Position numbers and translations under genes: made by a program. Positions 1 through 12,032 of a DNA stretch of 64,000 nt are shown piece by piece; positions within the stretch are counted from its first letter, which is position 1; each line of letters begins with the position of its first letter. The stretch is from the NCBI RefSeq assembly GCF_006345805.1, contig NC_043003.1, positions 18,042,001 through 18,106,000 of the forward strand, written 5' to 3'. The notes below the pieces were generated by a model that ran no database searches, was not told where the DNA came from, and saw nothing but the letters and a program-made list of their open reading frames with translations. The DNA is from Octopus sinensis (lineage: Eukaryota).

Positions 1-949
1 AACATTCAATTCACGATGGAATATAGCCATCAACAACTTCCCTTCCTCGACATCCTCATTAAGAAATCTAACAACGTAATAGAAACATATATACTATAAG
101 CCCATCTACCGTTCAACTCATGCCACCCCAGACACACCAGAATGAATATCTCCTTCAACCTAGCAAAAAGGATATGTACTATAGTTTCTAATACAAGCAC
201 CAGAGACACACGACTATATGAACTAAAAGATACACTCAACACCAGGAACTACCTACATTCACTAATTGGCATATGCTTTCAACGTGCCCTACAACTCAGC
301 ATCCACGAACTCAGATATCCCAAATTAAAGAAGGATTTACAACCAAAAGCCCTATCAAACATCTCCACATACAACCCTCTTAACAATGAAGCCTTCGACA
401 CCATCCTTCAAAACATTCCCCTGCTAAAAAAAGGACCACAGAATGAACTTAATCCTCCAAACACACACCATCATAAAAAGCAAGACACAACCCAAATCTA
501 TGAAAAGTCTCCTAACACAAGCCCGAATACGCTCAACAACAACGCAGAAGCCGTCAGTAAAAAAATGCGGAAGACCCAACTGGGGGATATGCGTCGATTT
601 AATTGAGGGATCTGAGTTTTCCTTCAAACAGGGACAACGTTTCACAGTGAAAAGCAGTTTCACAGTGAAAAGCAGTTTCACATGTGCTTCGGAGAACCTA
701 ATACACGCACTAACCTGCTCTGGGTGTCAAGAGCAATACATAGGTCAAACAAAAAACAGTCTACGTGAAAGGATGACCCAGATCAAAATTCCCAAAAACA
801 GAAAAATAGCATTCAGCATCCACATTTGCGCCAATAACAAAAATCCAAGCTTCAGAATTTTCTCCTCTACCAATTCAGGAACGATACAACCTGTAGCCAA
901 CGAAATAATAAAGAAATTCTCTTTGTTACAAAATACAGACTCCTTTTGA
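1..949 (+). mobile_element. Penelope-like element (PLE) fragment, RT thumb + GIY-YIG endonuclease, frameshifted
   Basis: Translates to FTMEYSHQQLPFLDILIKK, CHP.HT.MNISFNLAKRIC and SENLIHALTCSGCQEQYIGQT. Colinear with the PLE at 5995-7893 but broken by frameshifts and a short tandem duplication (tttcacagtgaaaagcag) near 640-680. Confidence 0.9.
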
Positions 950-1090
950 ACGCATCTACAACAAACGACATATCCACCTCGGCTTTAGAATAACACAAAC
1001 ACACACGCAAATATCAAAAATGATACACTCAAGAGATACCCAAGAATTCATTAAAAAAACAGTCACTGCTATAATCCACAACGAGTTTCA

Positions 1091-1284
1091 AATATAGTTT
1101 CAAATGCTTTTACATCGGCCATTCCTTTCACTATCTTAACCGCCACTGTGAAATTCTATCTAAATCATTTGTTGGGCCTGTGATAAAAGCTGACTCATTT
1201 ATAGATATTTGACACATTTTTATACTTACATATTTATGCACTCACACACACATGTATATTATTAGTCATAAATGCAACTAGTTT

Positions 1285-1316
<32 letters not shown>

Positions 1317-1361
1317 TACACTAGCAGAGATACCCGGCGTTGCTCGTGATTAAAACGGTAT
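1091..1361. repeat. ~270-bp block duplicated at 3645-3914; both copies end in a minus-strand Helitron-like 3' end
   Basis: aatatagtttcaaat...catcggccattcctttcactatc...ggcgttgctcgtgattaaaa is present at both positions. The reverse complement of 1321-1358 gives hairpin cgagcaacgccggg followed by CTAG|T. Confidence 0.75.
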
Positions 1362-1544
1362 AGTTTTTATTGCTTTATTTATTTCTGTCATGTGACTGCG
1401 GCCATGCTGGAGCATCGCTTTTGGGTCACTTGACCATTTAACATCCTACTACTATCATACCACCTGCATTCCTTTATTGTTCTCTCTTCTCTTTCTCCTT
1501 CTTCTTTTTCGTCTTCTTCCTCTGCGCCACCTCCTTCCTTACTT

Positions 1545-1579
<35 letters not shown>

Positions 1580-1689
1580 TCCTCCACAACAAGTCACTTT
1601 CAGAGCACTTGACCATTTTACACCCTACTACTATCATGGCATTCCCGCATTCTTCTTCTTCTTCATCTTCTTCTTCCCTGCCAAGAATT

Positions 1690-1925
1690 CACAACGACCT
1701 CGAACCCACAAGAGTAAACAAAAGAGAAAAAGACAGGAAGAAAAAAAGGAAAATGGCCCTTGTATTTGAATACTATGGAAATATTCTTTTAAAACAACTT
1801 TTCATTACTTTTACCAACATTTAATTGTTTTCTATACTTACAGTTGAAAAAGTCACAATGGCTGAAACCGGTACTGAAAAAATTTTCTAAAATTACTTAA
1901 GCATTTTCTATCTTGACTTTTTCCA
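1690..1925 (+). repeat. Hammerhead-bearing dispersed repeat (probable PLE terminal repeat); second copy at 4876-5110
   Basis: gaacccacaaga.taaacaa...aaatattcttttaaaa...ttgaaaa...gaaacc.gtactgaaa...gcattttctatcttgactt is shared by both copies. Confidence 0.75.
1841..1876 (+). ncRNA. Minimal type I hammerhead ribozyme, U3:A8 core variant
   Basis: CAG-TTGAAAA-AGTCA(caa)TGGCT-GAAA-CCGGT-A-CTG. Stems I and II pair, stem III is the palindrome ACCGGT, and the cleavage triplet is GUA. Confidence 0.65.
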
Positions 1926-1941
1926 TATATATGTGTGTGTG

Positions 1942-2282
1942 TGGAAGCGAAATGGCCCAGTGGTTAGGGCAGCGGACTCGCGGTCGGAGGATCGCAGTTT
2001 CGATTCCCTAACCGGGCAGTGTGTGTTTACTGAGCGAAAACACCTAAAGCTTCACGAGGCTCCAGCAGGGGGGGTGGCGACCATTGTTGTACTCTTTCGC
2101 TCCAACTTTCTCTCACTCTTTCTTCCTGTTTCTTGAGTAACGCTGCGATGGACTGGCAACCCGTCCAGCAGGGGAGAACACATACGCCATAGAAACCGGG
2201 AAAACGGGCCCATGAGCCTGGCTAAGCTTGAAAAAGGCACATAAAAATATAATAATAATAATAATATAATAATAATAATAAC

Positions 2283-2349
<67 letters not shown>

Positions 2350-2370
2350 TAATAATAATAATAATAATAA
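1942..2370 (+). mobile_element. tRNA-derived SINE family A (tail type 1) with (AAT)n tail
   Basis: tRNA-like head with A box (tggcccagtggttagg) and B box (gtttcgattcc). The body is shared with copies at 11460, 18915, 20995, 27368, 32554, 47099 and 61342. Confidence 0.85.
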
Positions 2371-2751
2371 TAGGGAGTCTAACTCCAAACTTACAGGGAA
2401 AAATTCTATTTAGTATTAAATCAAATTTCACAATATAAATATATAATATATAAATTAGAGAAAAACTACTATTATGCAATTCAAACAATGATAGACATAA
2501 ACCAAATCATAAATAAAAAATAAAATATATTTTTTAAAACATATAACTAGATCACAAATAATACAAAAATGAATGAACAATATATTATAAGTACTTATAA
2601 GTACTTATTTTGTACTTTTTGCAATCTAGTTATATGTTTCAAAAAATATATTTTATTTCTTATTTATGATTTGGTTTATGTCTATCATTGTTTGAATTGC
2701 ATAATAGTGGTTATAATATATATATATGTATATATATATATGTGTATATAT

Positions 2752-3130
2752 ATAGAAATATTAAAATTACTAAGTCTCTCTAAAAGAGAACACGGCAGCG
2801 TTCCTGGAAATTAATAGTTATCGCCATACTAATATGGCATTCTTATAAAAATAAGAATAAAGCTGTCCGCTTATTAGCTCCATGAGGCCATCGCCTTAAG
2901 TTAGCTATTTGATACACAAACTGTATCCATATAACCTTGTTCGAAGGTTATATGGATACAGTTTGTGTATCAAATAGCTAACTTAAGGCGATGGCCTCAT
3001 GGAGCTAATAAGCGGACAGCTTTATTCTTATTTTTATAAGAATGCCATATTAGTATGGCGATAACTATTAATTTCCAGGAACGCTGCCGTTTTCTCTTTT
3101 AGAGAGACTTAGTAATTTTAATATTTCTAT
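2752..3130. repeat. Near-perfect palindrome, 187-bp arms, 5-nt spacer; third (direct) copy of the arm at 3295-3432
   Basis: 2752-2938 is the reverse complement of 2944-3130 with one mismatch (gagaacacggc vs gagaaaacggc). The spacer is gttcg. Confidence 0.95.
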
Positions 3131-3221
3131 TATTGAAAACAAGTGGATGTATTCCACTGAAACTAGGTAATAAAACCTTCGAACAGGGATTGTCGGAAGC
3201 GACATCTACTGGTCTGACTAC

Positions 3222-3263
3222 GCTACATTGAAAAGGGGCAATACCCCGAAACGCGTCTGTAGC
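3222..3263 (+). ncRNA. Minimal type I hammerhead ribozyme, U3:A8 core variant, inside a 360-bp tandem unit
   Basis: GCTACA-TTGAAAA-GGGG(caata)CCCC-GAAA-CGCGT-C-TGTAGC. Perfect 6-bp stem I, 4-bp stem II, palindromic stem III ACGCGT and a GUC cleavage triplet. Confidence 0.8.
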
Positions 3264-3431
3264 TGTCGATCAAGTAGTGTGGAGCGACTGACCTCCTTGT
3301 TCGAAGTTATATGGATACAGTTTGTGTATCAAATAGCTAACTTAAGGCGATGGCCTCATGGAGCTAATAAGCGGACAGCTTTATTCTTATTTTTATAAGA
3401 ATGCCATATTAGTATGGCGATAACTATTAAT

Positions 3432-3579
<148 letters not shown>

Positions 3580-4126
3580 TTTCTTTATATTTAGTTATAT
3601 ACATATATGTATACACACGCACACAGATTGGGGGTAGAGACTGGAATATAGTTTCAAATACACTTACATCGGCCATTCCTTTCACTATCCTAACTGCCAC
3701 TGTGAAATTCTATCTAATTCATTGTTGTTGGGCCTGTGATAAAAGCTGACTCATTTATAGATATTTGACACATTTTTATACTTACATATATATGCACTCA
3801 CACCTACACACACACACACATGTATATTATTAGTTATAAATGCAGTTAGTTTTATAATATATATATATATATATTAGCAGAGATAACCGGCGTTGCTCGT
3901 GATTAAAATGGTATTGACTTATTTCCCCAGGATTTATTCTTTGTAAGCCTAGTACTTATTCAAAGTTGCGGGAACTTAAACACAGCAACATCGGTTGTCA
4001 AGCAATGTTGAGGGTACAAACACAGACACCCACACAAATATACACATATATACGACAGTCTTCTTTCAATTTCCTTGTACGAAATCTACTCAGAAGGCTT
4101 TGGTGGGTCTGAGGCTATAGTATATA

Positions 4127-4694
4127 TACTACTATTTGCGGTTGGAGCCCTGGCTGCTCTTTCTAGTGGGTCGAACGGCCTATTGTGGTCGTTCCTCAAT
4201 TGTTGTTGAATTTATTTATAGTCTCTGACTATTTCCTCTTTCTCGCTAGACCGCTGGTGGCAAAATAATTTCTATTGAATTTTTTGCTACCCTAAATTGA
4301 TTAATTGATGATTTTCTGATTAATTCCGAAATTGAATCGGCAGTTTATATTTGCTGCCGATAAGTTGGCGCGAGTACGATGGCTTTGAAAATTTTAGGTC
4401 AGATATTACCTAGGTATAGATGTTGCTGCCTCGTGTAATTTCTGCCCCTCCTGGCTTCTTTACCGATGAGCGCGTGGCCTTTTGGAAGATTGACTTGATT
4501 GGGTTTAATTTAATTTAATCAGGCCGGTTTGCCATTAAAAAACGCCGAAACAATGCATTGTCTAAAGATGAATAAGGGTAAATGTTTTTTTTATTTTTCC
4601 TTAAATTTCGGAATTACTACTATTTGCGGTTGGAGCCCTGGCTGCTCTTTCTAGTGGGTCGAACGGCCTATTGTGGTCGTTCCTCAATTGTTGT

Positions 4695-4695
<1 letters not shown>
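4127..4695 (+). mobile_element. 488-bp unit with 81-bp terminal direct repeats carrying a hammerhead (PLE pLTR/retrozyme-like)
   Basis: tactactatttgcggttggagcc...cctcaattgttgtt occurs at 4127-4207 and 4615-4695, with a hammerhead motif at 4458-4567 between them. Confidence 0.7.
4458..4567 (+). ncRNA. Type I hammerhead ribozyme, CCGAUGA core, long stem II insertion
   Basis: CTTTA-CCGATGA-G...(~75 nt)...ACGCC-GAAA-CAATGCATTGT-C-TAAAG. Stem I is CTTTA/TAAAG, stem III is the 12-nt palindrome ACAATGCATTGT, and the triplet is GUC. Confidence 0.65.
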
Positions 4696-4776
<81 letters not shown>

Positions 4777-4783
4777 GTGTGTA

Positions 4784-4814
<31 letters not shown>

Positions 4815-5016
4815 TGTGTGTGTGTGTGTATGTATGTGTGTATATATATATATATATACATGTATGTATACATGTACCTTGAACCCACAAGAATAAACAA
4901 GAGAGACAGAGAAAGGCAGAAACAAGGAAAATGCCACTTATATTTGAACGCTATACAAATATTCTTTTAAAAAAACTTTTCTTTTAATTTTTCTAAATTT
5001 AATTATTTAATTGTTA

Positions 5017-5053
5017 TAGTTGAAAATGTCTCAAATGACCGAAACCAGTACTG
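5017..5053 (+). ncRNA. Degenerate U3:A8 hammerhead (paralogue of 1841-1876)
   Basis: TAG-TTGAAAA-TGTC(tcaaat)GACC-GAAA-CCAGT-A-CTG. There is a mismatch at the base of stem II and another in stem III. Confidence 0.45.
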
Positions 5054-5119
5054 AAATGTTCTTTATAAAATTATTTTAGCATTTTCTATCTTGACTTATT
5101 TTTTCATATATATATATGA

Positions 5120-5935
5120 ATACACTGGACCCGGAGGAATTGCAATCCCAGAGGCACAATCAGTGCGTGACCTGGGTATTTACATGAGTGATGACGCAAC
5201 CTTTCGTGTACATGTTGCTAAATTGGCAATGAAATGTAGACGACTGGCCGGATGGATTCTCAGAACCTTTAGAACAAGAGAACAAGAAACCATGATGGTC
5301 CTCTGGAGGACACTTGTCCTAAGCCACTTTGACTATTGCTCTCTCAGCTATGGTCACCATCCAGTGCCAAGTTGATCACAGAACTTGAGGCGATCCAACG
5401 TAGCTACACGAAGAAGATAGCCTCTGTGCAGAATATAAGCTACTGGGAAAGACTCAAGAGATTAAAACTCTATTCCTTGGAGCGTAGGCGAGAAAGATAT
5501 GCCATAATATAATCTGGAAGATCCTAGAGGGACTTGTCCCAAACTTTGGCATCGAGAGTTACACAAATGCCAGAACTGGGCGCCACTGCGTGGTGCCAAG
5601 GACTCCAAATTTGCCATCAAGATGTAGGACAAGATACTGTGATAGCCTGGGCTTCCGAGGCCCACAGCTCTTCATATCCTCCCGAAGAACCTAAGAGACC
5701 TGCATGGGGTGGATGCAGATGTCTTTAAAATGAAACTGGATCTCTTCTTGTCAGGTATCCCAGATGAACCAACTTCACGGCAGGAGGCGCAGATGAGGGC
5801 AGCTGCATCGAACTCTCTCATGCACCAAATGGCAGTTGCTAAAAAGCATTCGTGAAGTAAAACCATGTAGCAACACCAAATGGCGGTGCCCCAGCATGGC
5901 CACAGCTCGTGAGCTGAAAATAGAATCAATCAATC
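5120..5935 (+). mobile_element. CR1-group non-LTR retrotransposon 3' fragment (RT C-terminus + 3' UTR), frameshifted
   Basis: VRDLGIYMSDD..F..HV, GWILRTFRTRE, LSHFDYCS and LERRRERYAII.. are present. The fragment ends in cagcatggccaCAGCTCgtGAGCTGaaa followed by a (TCAA)n-like tail. Confidence 0.85.
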
Positions 5936-5994
5936 ATATATATATATTTCATATATATATATATATATATGACTTGTTTTTTCATATATATATA

Positions 5995-8760
5995 TATGAA
6001 AGAAGCCGACAAAGGGAGCGCTGTGGTCCTTATGGACACGGAGTTTTATAAACACCTGGCGCTTTCCATGCTAAACAATAACATTTTCTATGAGGTTATT
6101 AACAACTATAAACAACAAAAAACAATCAGAAACCTCACCACACTCATACTCCAACACGGTCAGGGACTCACAGAAAAAGAAAGGGATTATATCACCAATT
6201 TCAAATGCAAGCCCAGCCTTTTTTATGGCCTTCCTAAAATCCATAAAAACAAATACATCACCGAAGCCTGCAGACTCTCCTCTGACATCCACATCAACAT
6301 CAAAGCACAGGAGGACCTAAAACTAAGGCCCATCGTGGCTGGCACCTCCTGTGAAACACACCGCCTGAGTAATTTCCTAGACATCCTTTTGAAACCTTTC
6401 CTTACCCACATCAAAAGTTTCATTAGGGATGATCTGGACATGCTCAAACACCTCCCGAAAACAGTTAACGAGGAGGCACTCCTGGTATCCTTTGATGTCA
6501 TCAACCTCTACACCAACATCCCACATGAATATGGTATTGAGGCAATTGATTTCTGGCTAGAAAAAAACACCCAGAGTCATTCCCTGACCGCATTCACAAG
6601 ACCTTTATTACGGAATCACTCAAGTTCATTCTAACAAACAATTTTTTCCTCTTTGGCAACACACACTACCGTCAAAAATGTGGTATTGCGATGGGTACCA
6701 AGGCTGCACCAGTCCTTGCGAATCTCATAATGGGTTTCTTCGAACTATCACTCTATGAAATATCACGCCAGAAATTTGGACATGTTTTCCACACCTACCT
6801 AAAGGAAAACTGGAAAAGGTAATTGGATGATTGTTTCATCATATGGAAAGAACCTTATGAAAAACTTATGGAATTCAAAACCATACTGAACAACGTACAT
6901 CCCAACATCCAATTCACTATGGAATTAAGCAAACATCATCTCCCTTTCCTTGATCTCCTAATTATAAAAACACCTAAGAACCAAATCATAACAGACATCT
7001 ACCACAAACCTACAGACTCACAACAATACCTCCTCCTTAGTTCATGCCACCCAAAACACACCAAGACAAATATCCCTTTCAACTTAGCTAAAAGGGTATG
7101 CACCATTGTCTCGGATTCAAAAACACGAGAAATACGCCTTCAAGACCTCAAAAAAACACTATTACAACGCCAATATCCCTCCACCCTTATAGAGTATAGA
7201 ATAAAACGCGCCAAAGAACTAGACAACATTACACTGAAAACCACCCAACCTAACACCACACACAACCCCAAAATACTTCCATACATTTCCACCCACAACC
7301 CCAAAAATATCGAAGCATACACCACAATCATACAAAACCTCAGTCTACTGTCAACAGACCCAAAAATGAAAAACATTATAAATACACACAAAATCCTCAA
7401 ATGTAAAAAGGCAACACAAATTTTTTAAAAAGACTCTTGACAAATGCCAAACTTCACACACCACATCCACCCCCAGCAGTTGAAAAAATGTGCACGCCCA
7501 AACTGTGGCACCTGCCCCTTCCTACTTGAAGGCTCTGAATTTATCTTCAAACAAGGAACGAAGTTTAAAATCAAGACTAACTTCTCCTGTTCCTCCGAGA
7601 ACCTTATCTACGTTCTCACATGCGCTGGTTGCCAACATAATTATGTTGGACAAACGAGTCTCCCGTTACGTAAACGAGTAGCGGTGCATAAAGAACAAAT
7701 AAATCTCCCGGAATACCGACAAATTCCACTGAGTGACCACATAGACTCATGCGCTAAAGACATAAATCCCAAATTCCACATATTCCCCTTCTACCAATGT
7801 AAAGACGGGATCACCACACAGGAGAGAATTAACAAGGAGAATCTCTTTATTGAAAAATTCAAAACGCAACTTAATATACAAACTCCTCGTTGATCATACT
7901 TCCTTTTTCTACCTCATTCTTCATGGATGGACTAACACAAATATATAAGGATACCATGCATTCATCACTTCCAGCTAAAACTTATATTCTTTAAATATCA
8001 TTATTATTATTGTTGTTATTATTACTATCACTTTTTTTATATATGACATAACAATCTGAAATGTAATTATAAATTGGTTTATGCAAATTTATATAATTAG
8101 AAAATAATATAAATAAAGTGTTAAAATCTGAATGTTAAGTTAGCAAACAATTATATAAAAAAGATAATGCAAATGAAGCTAAAATGATAATTTTATAATT
8201 TAAGGTTTATTAACACCCTTTATCACAAAAAATTGATAAACACAAATTGAAGAGCTCAAAACCCATAGAGTTGTCTCCCCTTATTCACAACACAGGAACT
8301 GAAGAACTACAATTACTACTACTTCCTGTTTTGCCAACACCCTTAATTAAACTAAACAACATATGGCTTTAATCCCATTGGATCTTAATACTTCAAGGTA
8401 ATTTTTTCGTGAACAATCATTAAACTCAAGATACACAAAGATTTCATAATGTATCGGAGTACTTATTTTTTAATTTTTGTACATATTTATCATTATTTTT
8501 TTGCAAAAAACAATGCAATTTTCTTTTTTCCCCTTTCTCACTTTTAAAAAAAATTTTTACTTTACAATTCTTGAAAAGTCACATTATGACGAAAACCGGT
8601 TTGAATTAATATATATTTATATATTTTATCAATTTTTCAAAAACTTTTTCCATACACCCATCTACATTAAAATTTTCTTTCAATTTAGCATTCTGCATTT
8701 TTACAATTTTTCCTTGCTTATCATTTCTCCACGTGCGGTCAACACAACCCTACCATTTAT
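5995..8760 (+). mobile_element. 5'-truncated Penelope-like element (RT + GIY-YIG, Neptune-like Cys-rich linker), recently inactivated
   Basis: ADKGSAVVLMD, FYGLPKIHK, LRPIVAG, SFDVINLYTNIP, GIAMGTKAAP, R*LDD (TAA at 6820-6822 replaces the Tyr of YxDD), CARPNCGTC and NLIYVLTCAGCQHNYVGQT. Frameshifts lie near 6565 and 7425. The ORF ends at 7893 and a hammerhead follows at 8566. Confidence 0.92.
8566..8607 (+). ncRNA. Minimal type I hammerhead ribozyme, U3:A8 core, in the PLE 3' region
   Basis: AATTC-TTGAAAA-GTCA(catta)TGAC-GAAA-ACCGGTT-T-GAATT. Perfect stems I and II and an 8-nt palindromic stem III (AACCGGTT), on the same strand as the PLE ORF. Confidence 0.75.
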
Positions 8761-8763
8761 TGA

Positions 8764-8835
<72 letters not shown>

Positions 8836-8882
8836 GCACATATACATAATACATACATACATACATACATACATACATACAT

Positions 8883-9297
8883 ACTCTTTTACTTGTTTCA
8901 GTCATTTGACTGTAGCCACGCTGGATCACTGCCTTTAGTCGAGCAATTTGACCCCAGGACTTATTCTTTGTAAGCCTAGACCTTATTCTATTGGTCTCTT
9001 TTGCCGAGCCGCTAAGTTACGGGGACGTAAACACACCAACATCAGTTGTCAAGCGATGTTGGGGGCACAAACACAGACACACAAATGTATACACACACAC
9101 ACGCGCGCACATATATATATACATACATATATACGACGGGCTTCTATCAGTTTCCGTCAACCAAATCCACTCACAAGTCTTTGGTCGGCCCGAGGCTATA
9201 GTAGAAGATACTTGCGCAAGCTGCCACGCAGTGAGACTGAACCCGGAAACATGTGGTTCGTAAGCAGCCTACTTAACACACAGCCACTTCTACGCCT
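8883..9297 (-). mobile_element. SINE family D (tRNA head, internal (TA)n(TG)n, LINE-like tail)
   Basis: Reverse complement of the ggagtggctgtgtggtaag...cagtcaaatgactgaaacaagtaaaagagt family. Further copies lie near 3930, 10410, 12584, 13135, 19365, 19810, 20510, 25240, 43409, 44420, 44975, 46930, 49149, 56619 and 63150. Confidence 0.85.
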
Positions 9298-9360
9298 ATG
9301 CATACATACATACATACATACATACATACATACATACATACATACATACATACATACATA

Positions 9361-10322
9361 GCGGCCCTCTCAGATATGCCCTCAGTTGCCCGGATAGCCA
9401 CCCTCGCTAGCTACGCAGACGATACGAAAGACTCACAGAAAATACAAAACCCTAGTGATACTGCACGTCTGCGGCAGAAGTTGAACTCAATTTACATATG
9501 GGCTGAGGACAATAATATGAAATTTAATGCTGGAAAGTTCCATGCCCTACGCAACCAGCACCCAAAACTGAACGTAGATCCCAGAACCTATATCAGTGCG
9601 GGACCTGGGTATCGACATGAGTGATGATACCGCTTTCCAAGTGCACATTACCAAGATGGTGACAAGGTGCAGACGGCTGTCTGGCTGGATCCTGAGAACC
9701 TTCAGAACCAGAGAGAAGGAAACCATCATGGTCCACTGAAGGACATTCGTCCTCAGCCGCCTGGACTACTGTTCCCTGTTATGGTCACCCCACAGTGTAA
9801 AATTAACAGCGGATCTTGAAGCAATGCAAAGAAGATCGTCTCATCGCAATAGCTCAGCTACTGGGAAAGGCTGAAACAGCTAAGACTATACTCCTTGCAG
9901 CGAAGGCGGGAGAGATATGCAGTAATATACACCAGGAAGACCCTGGAAGGGATTGTGCCAAATTTTGGTATTGAAAGCTACACAAATGCAAGGACGGGTC
10001 AACACTGCACAGTGCCAAAGATCCCAGCAATGCTAATGCGCTTCAGGACCAGTTACTACAACAGCCCGGATTTCAGGAGCGCACAGATTTTTAATATTCT
10101 CCCAAAGAGCCGGAAAGACCTACACAAAGTGGATATTGGTGTTTTCCTACCAAGACTGGATCTCTTCCTGTCGAGAGTCCCAGATGAATGTACCTCGCGG
10201 CAGGAGGCGCAAATGAGGACAGCGACATCAAACTCCCTTATTCACCAAATGCCACATATCAGAGGAGGCTCTCAATAATAACAGTCTAGCAAAACAGTGG
10301 TACCCCAGCATGGCCAGAGCTT
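9361..10322 (+). mobile_element. CR1-group LINE 3' fragment, same family as 5120-5935, with internal deletions
   Basis: ATLASYADDTK (RT catalytic motif), WAEDNNMKFNAGKF and QRRRERYAVIY...EGIVPNFGIESYTNARTG. Ends in ccccagcatggcca. Confidence 0.85.
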
Positions 10323-10326
10323 ATAC

Positions 10327-10366
<40 letters not shown>

Positions 10367-10409
10367 TTGCAGAGATACGCAGCCTTGCTTGAGATTAAAA
10401 TAGCATAGA

Positions 10410-10560
10410 AATTTTAGTCGAGCAAATCGACCCCAGGACTAATTCTTTGTAAGCCTAGTACTTATTCTATCGGTCTCTCTTGCCGAACCGCTAAGTTACG
10501 GGGACGTAAACACACCAGCATCAGTCGTCAAGCGATGTTGGGGAGACAAACACAGACACT

Positions 10561-10616
<56 letters not shown>

Positions 10617-10618
10617 AA

Positions 10619-10655
<37 letters not shown>

Positions 10656-10828
10656 AACATATATACGACGGGCTTCTTTCAGTTTCCGTCTACCAAATCC
10701 ACTCACACGGCTTTGGTCGGCCAGAGACTATAGTAGCAAACACTTGCCCAAGGTTCCACGCAGTGAGACTGAACCCGGAACCATGTGACTGGTAAGCAAG
10801 CTACTTACCACACAGCTACTCTTGCGCC
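10410..10828 (-). mobile_element. SINE family D
   Basis: Near-full copy with an internal (CA)n(TA)n microsatellite. Confidence 0.85.
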
Positions 10829-11079
10829 TCTAAACATTACGGATCTGCAATTAAGCAGCGCTGTGGGGCTCTTGGGTTTATGTTGTGGCTCTGTAATAAT
10901 TAACTTAAGTTATATTGCTTTAAAGTTAAATAGGGTATTTATTAGAACAGCTGTATTGATAAGTTTTTTTATTTACTGTACTACGTAACAAACGTCTCGA
11001 GTTTTTCTTTTTTTTTTTTTAGTGATCTTACGATAACATTTATATATTAAGGAAAATTTAAATCATGCAATATTCCTGA

Positions 11080-12032
11080 TCACGCTATTTAATTTCCTCT
11101 TTTTTATTCGGTTAATTTGATATTCATACCTGTCAAATACGGCTTGTACTCTCTGCCAATGTTTTTTTTTTTTTGTTTTTTTGCAGTACTATCAGCCGTC
11201 ACGCAGAAGCGAATAGGGCTTAGTAATATGAACGATTTAATTGCCTAAGTAGTTGCAAGCAGACACGTTTTCAGCCTTTGCACCTTTGACCCAGTGGCAT
11301 ATCCAGAATCTGATAGCTGGAAGGAGGGTGAGCTGGCCGCACCTGCACACAGGTAGCTCTCAATAACAGCCACGCTATATAATTTCCTCTTTTTTTCCGT
11401 TAATTTGATATTCATACCTGTCAAATACGGCTTGTACTTTCTGCAGTACTATCGGCCGTGGAGGCGCAGTGGCCCAGTGGTTAGGGCAGTGGACTCGCGG
11501 TTATAGGATCGCGGTTTCGATTCCCAGACCGGGCGTTGTGAGTGTTTATTGAGCGAAAACACCTAAAGCTCCACGAGGCTCCGGCAGGGGATGGTGGTGA
11601 TCCCTGCTGTACTCTTTCACCACAACTTTCTCTCACTCTTACTTCCTGTTTCTGTTGTACCTGTATTTCAAAGGGCCGGCCTTGTCACTCTCTGTGTCAC
11701 GCTGAATATCCCCGAGAACTACGTTAAGGGTACACGTGTCTGTGGAGTGCTCAGCCACTTACACGTTAATTTCACGAGCAGGCTGTTCCGTTGATTCGGA
11801 TCAACCGGAACCCTCGTCGTCGTAACCGACGGAATGCTTCCCCCCACACTATCGGCCGTCACGCAGAAGCGAGTAGGGCTTAGTAATATGTACGCTTTAA
11901 TTGCCTAAGTAGTTGCAAGCAGATATGCTTTCATCCTTTGCGCCTTTGACCCAGCGGCATATCCAGGATGTGATAGCAGGAAGGAGAGAGAGCTGGCCGC
12001 ACCTGCACACAGGTAGCTCTCAATAACAGCTG
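11080..12032. repeat. Tandem duplication of a ~290-bp unit; second copy interrupted by a family A SINE
   Basis: cacgctat.taatttcctc...cacctgcacacaggtagctctcaataacagc occurs twice. The SINE at 11460-11847 splits copy 2. Confidence 0.85.
11460..11847 (+). mobile_element. SINE family A (tail type 2) with 12-bp TSD
   Basis: TSD actatcggccgt at 11448-11459 and 11848-11859. The same tail occurs in the copy at 20995-21369 (-). Confidence 0.9.

Noticed and set aside
11460-11535. tRNA-like sequences at SINE heads
   Set aside because: They continue directly into SINE bodies, lack a complete acceptor stem, and some have TSDs; they are not tRNA genes.
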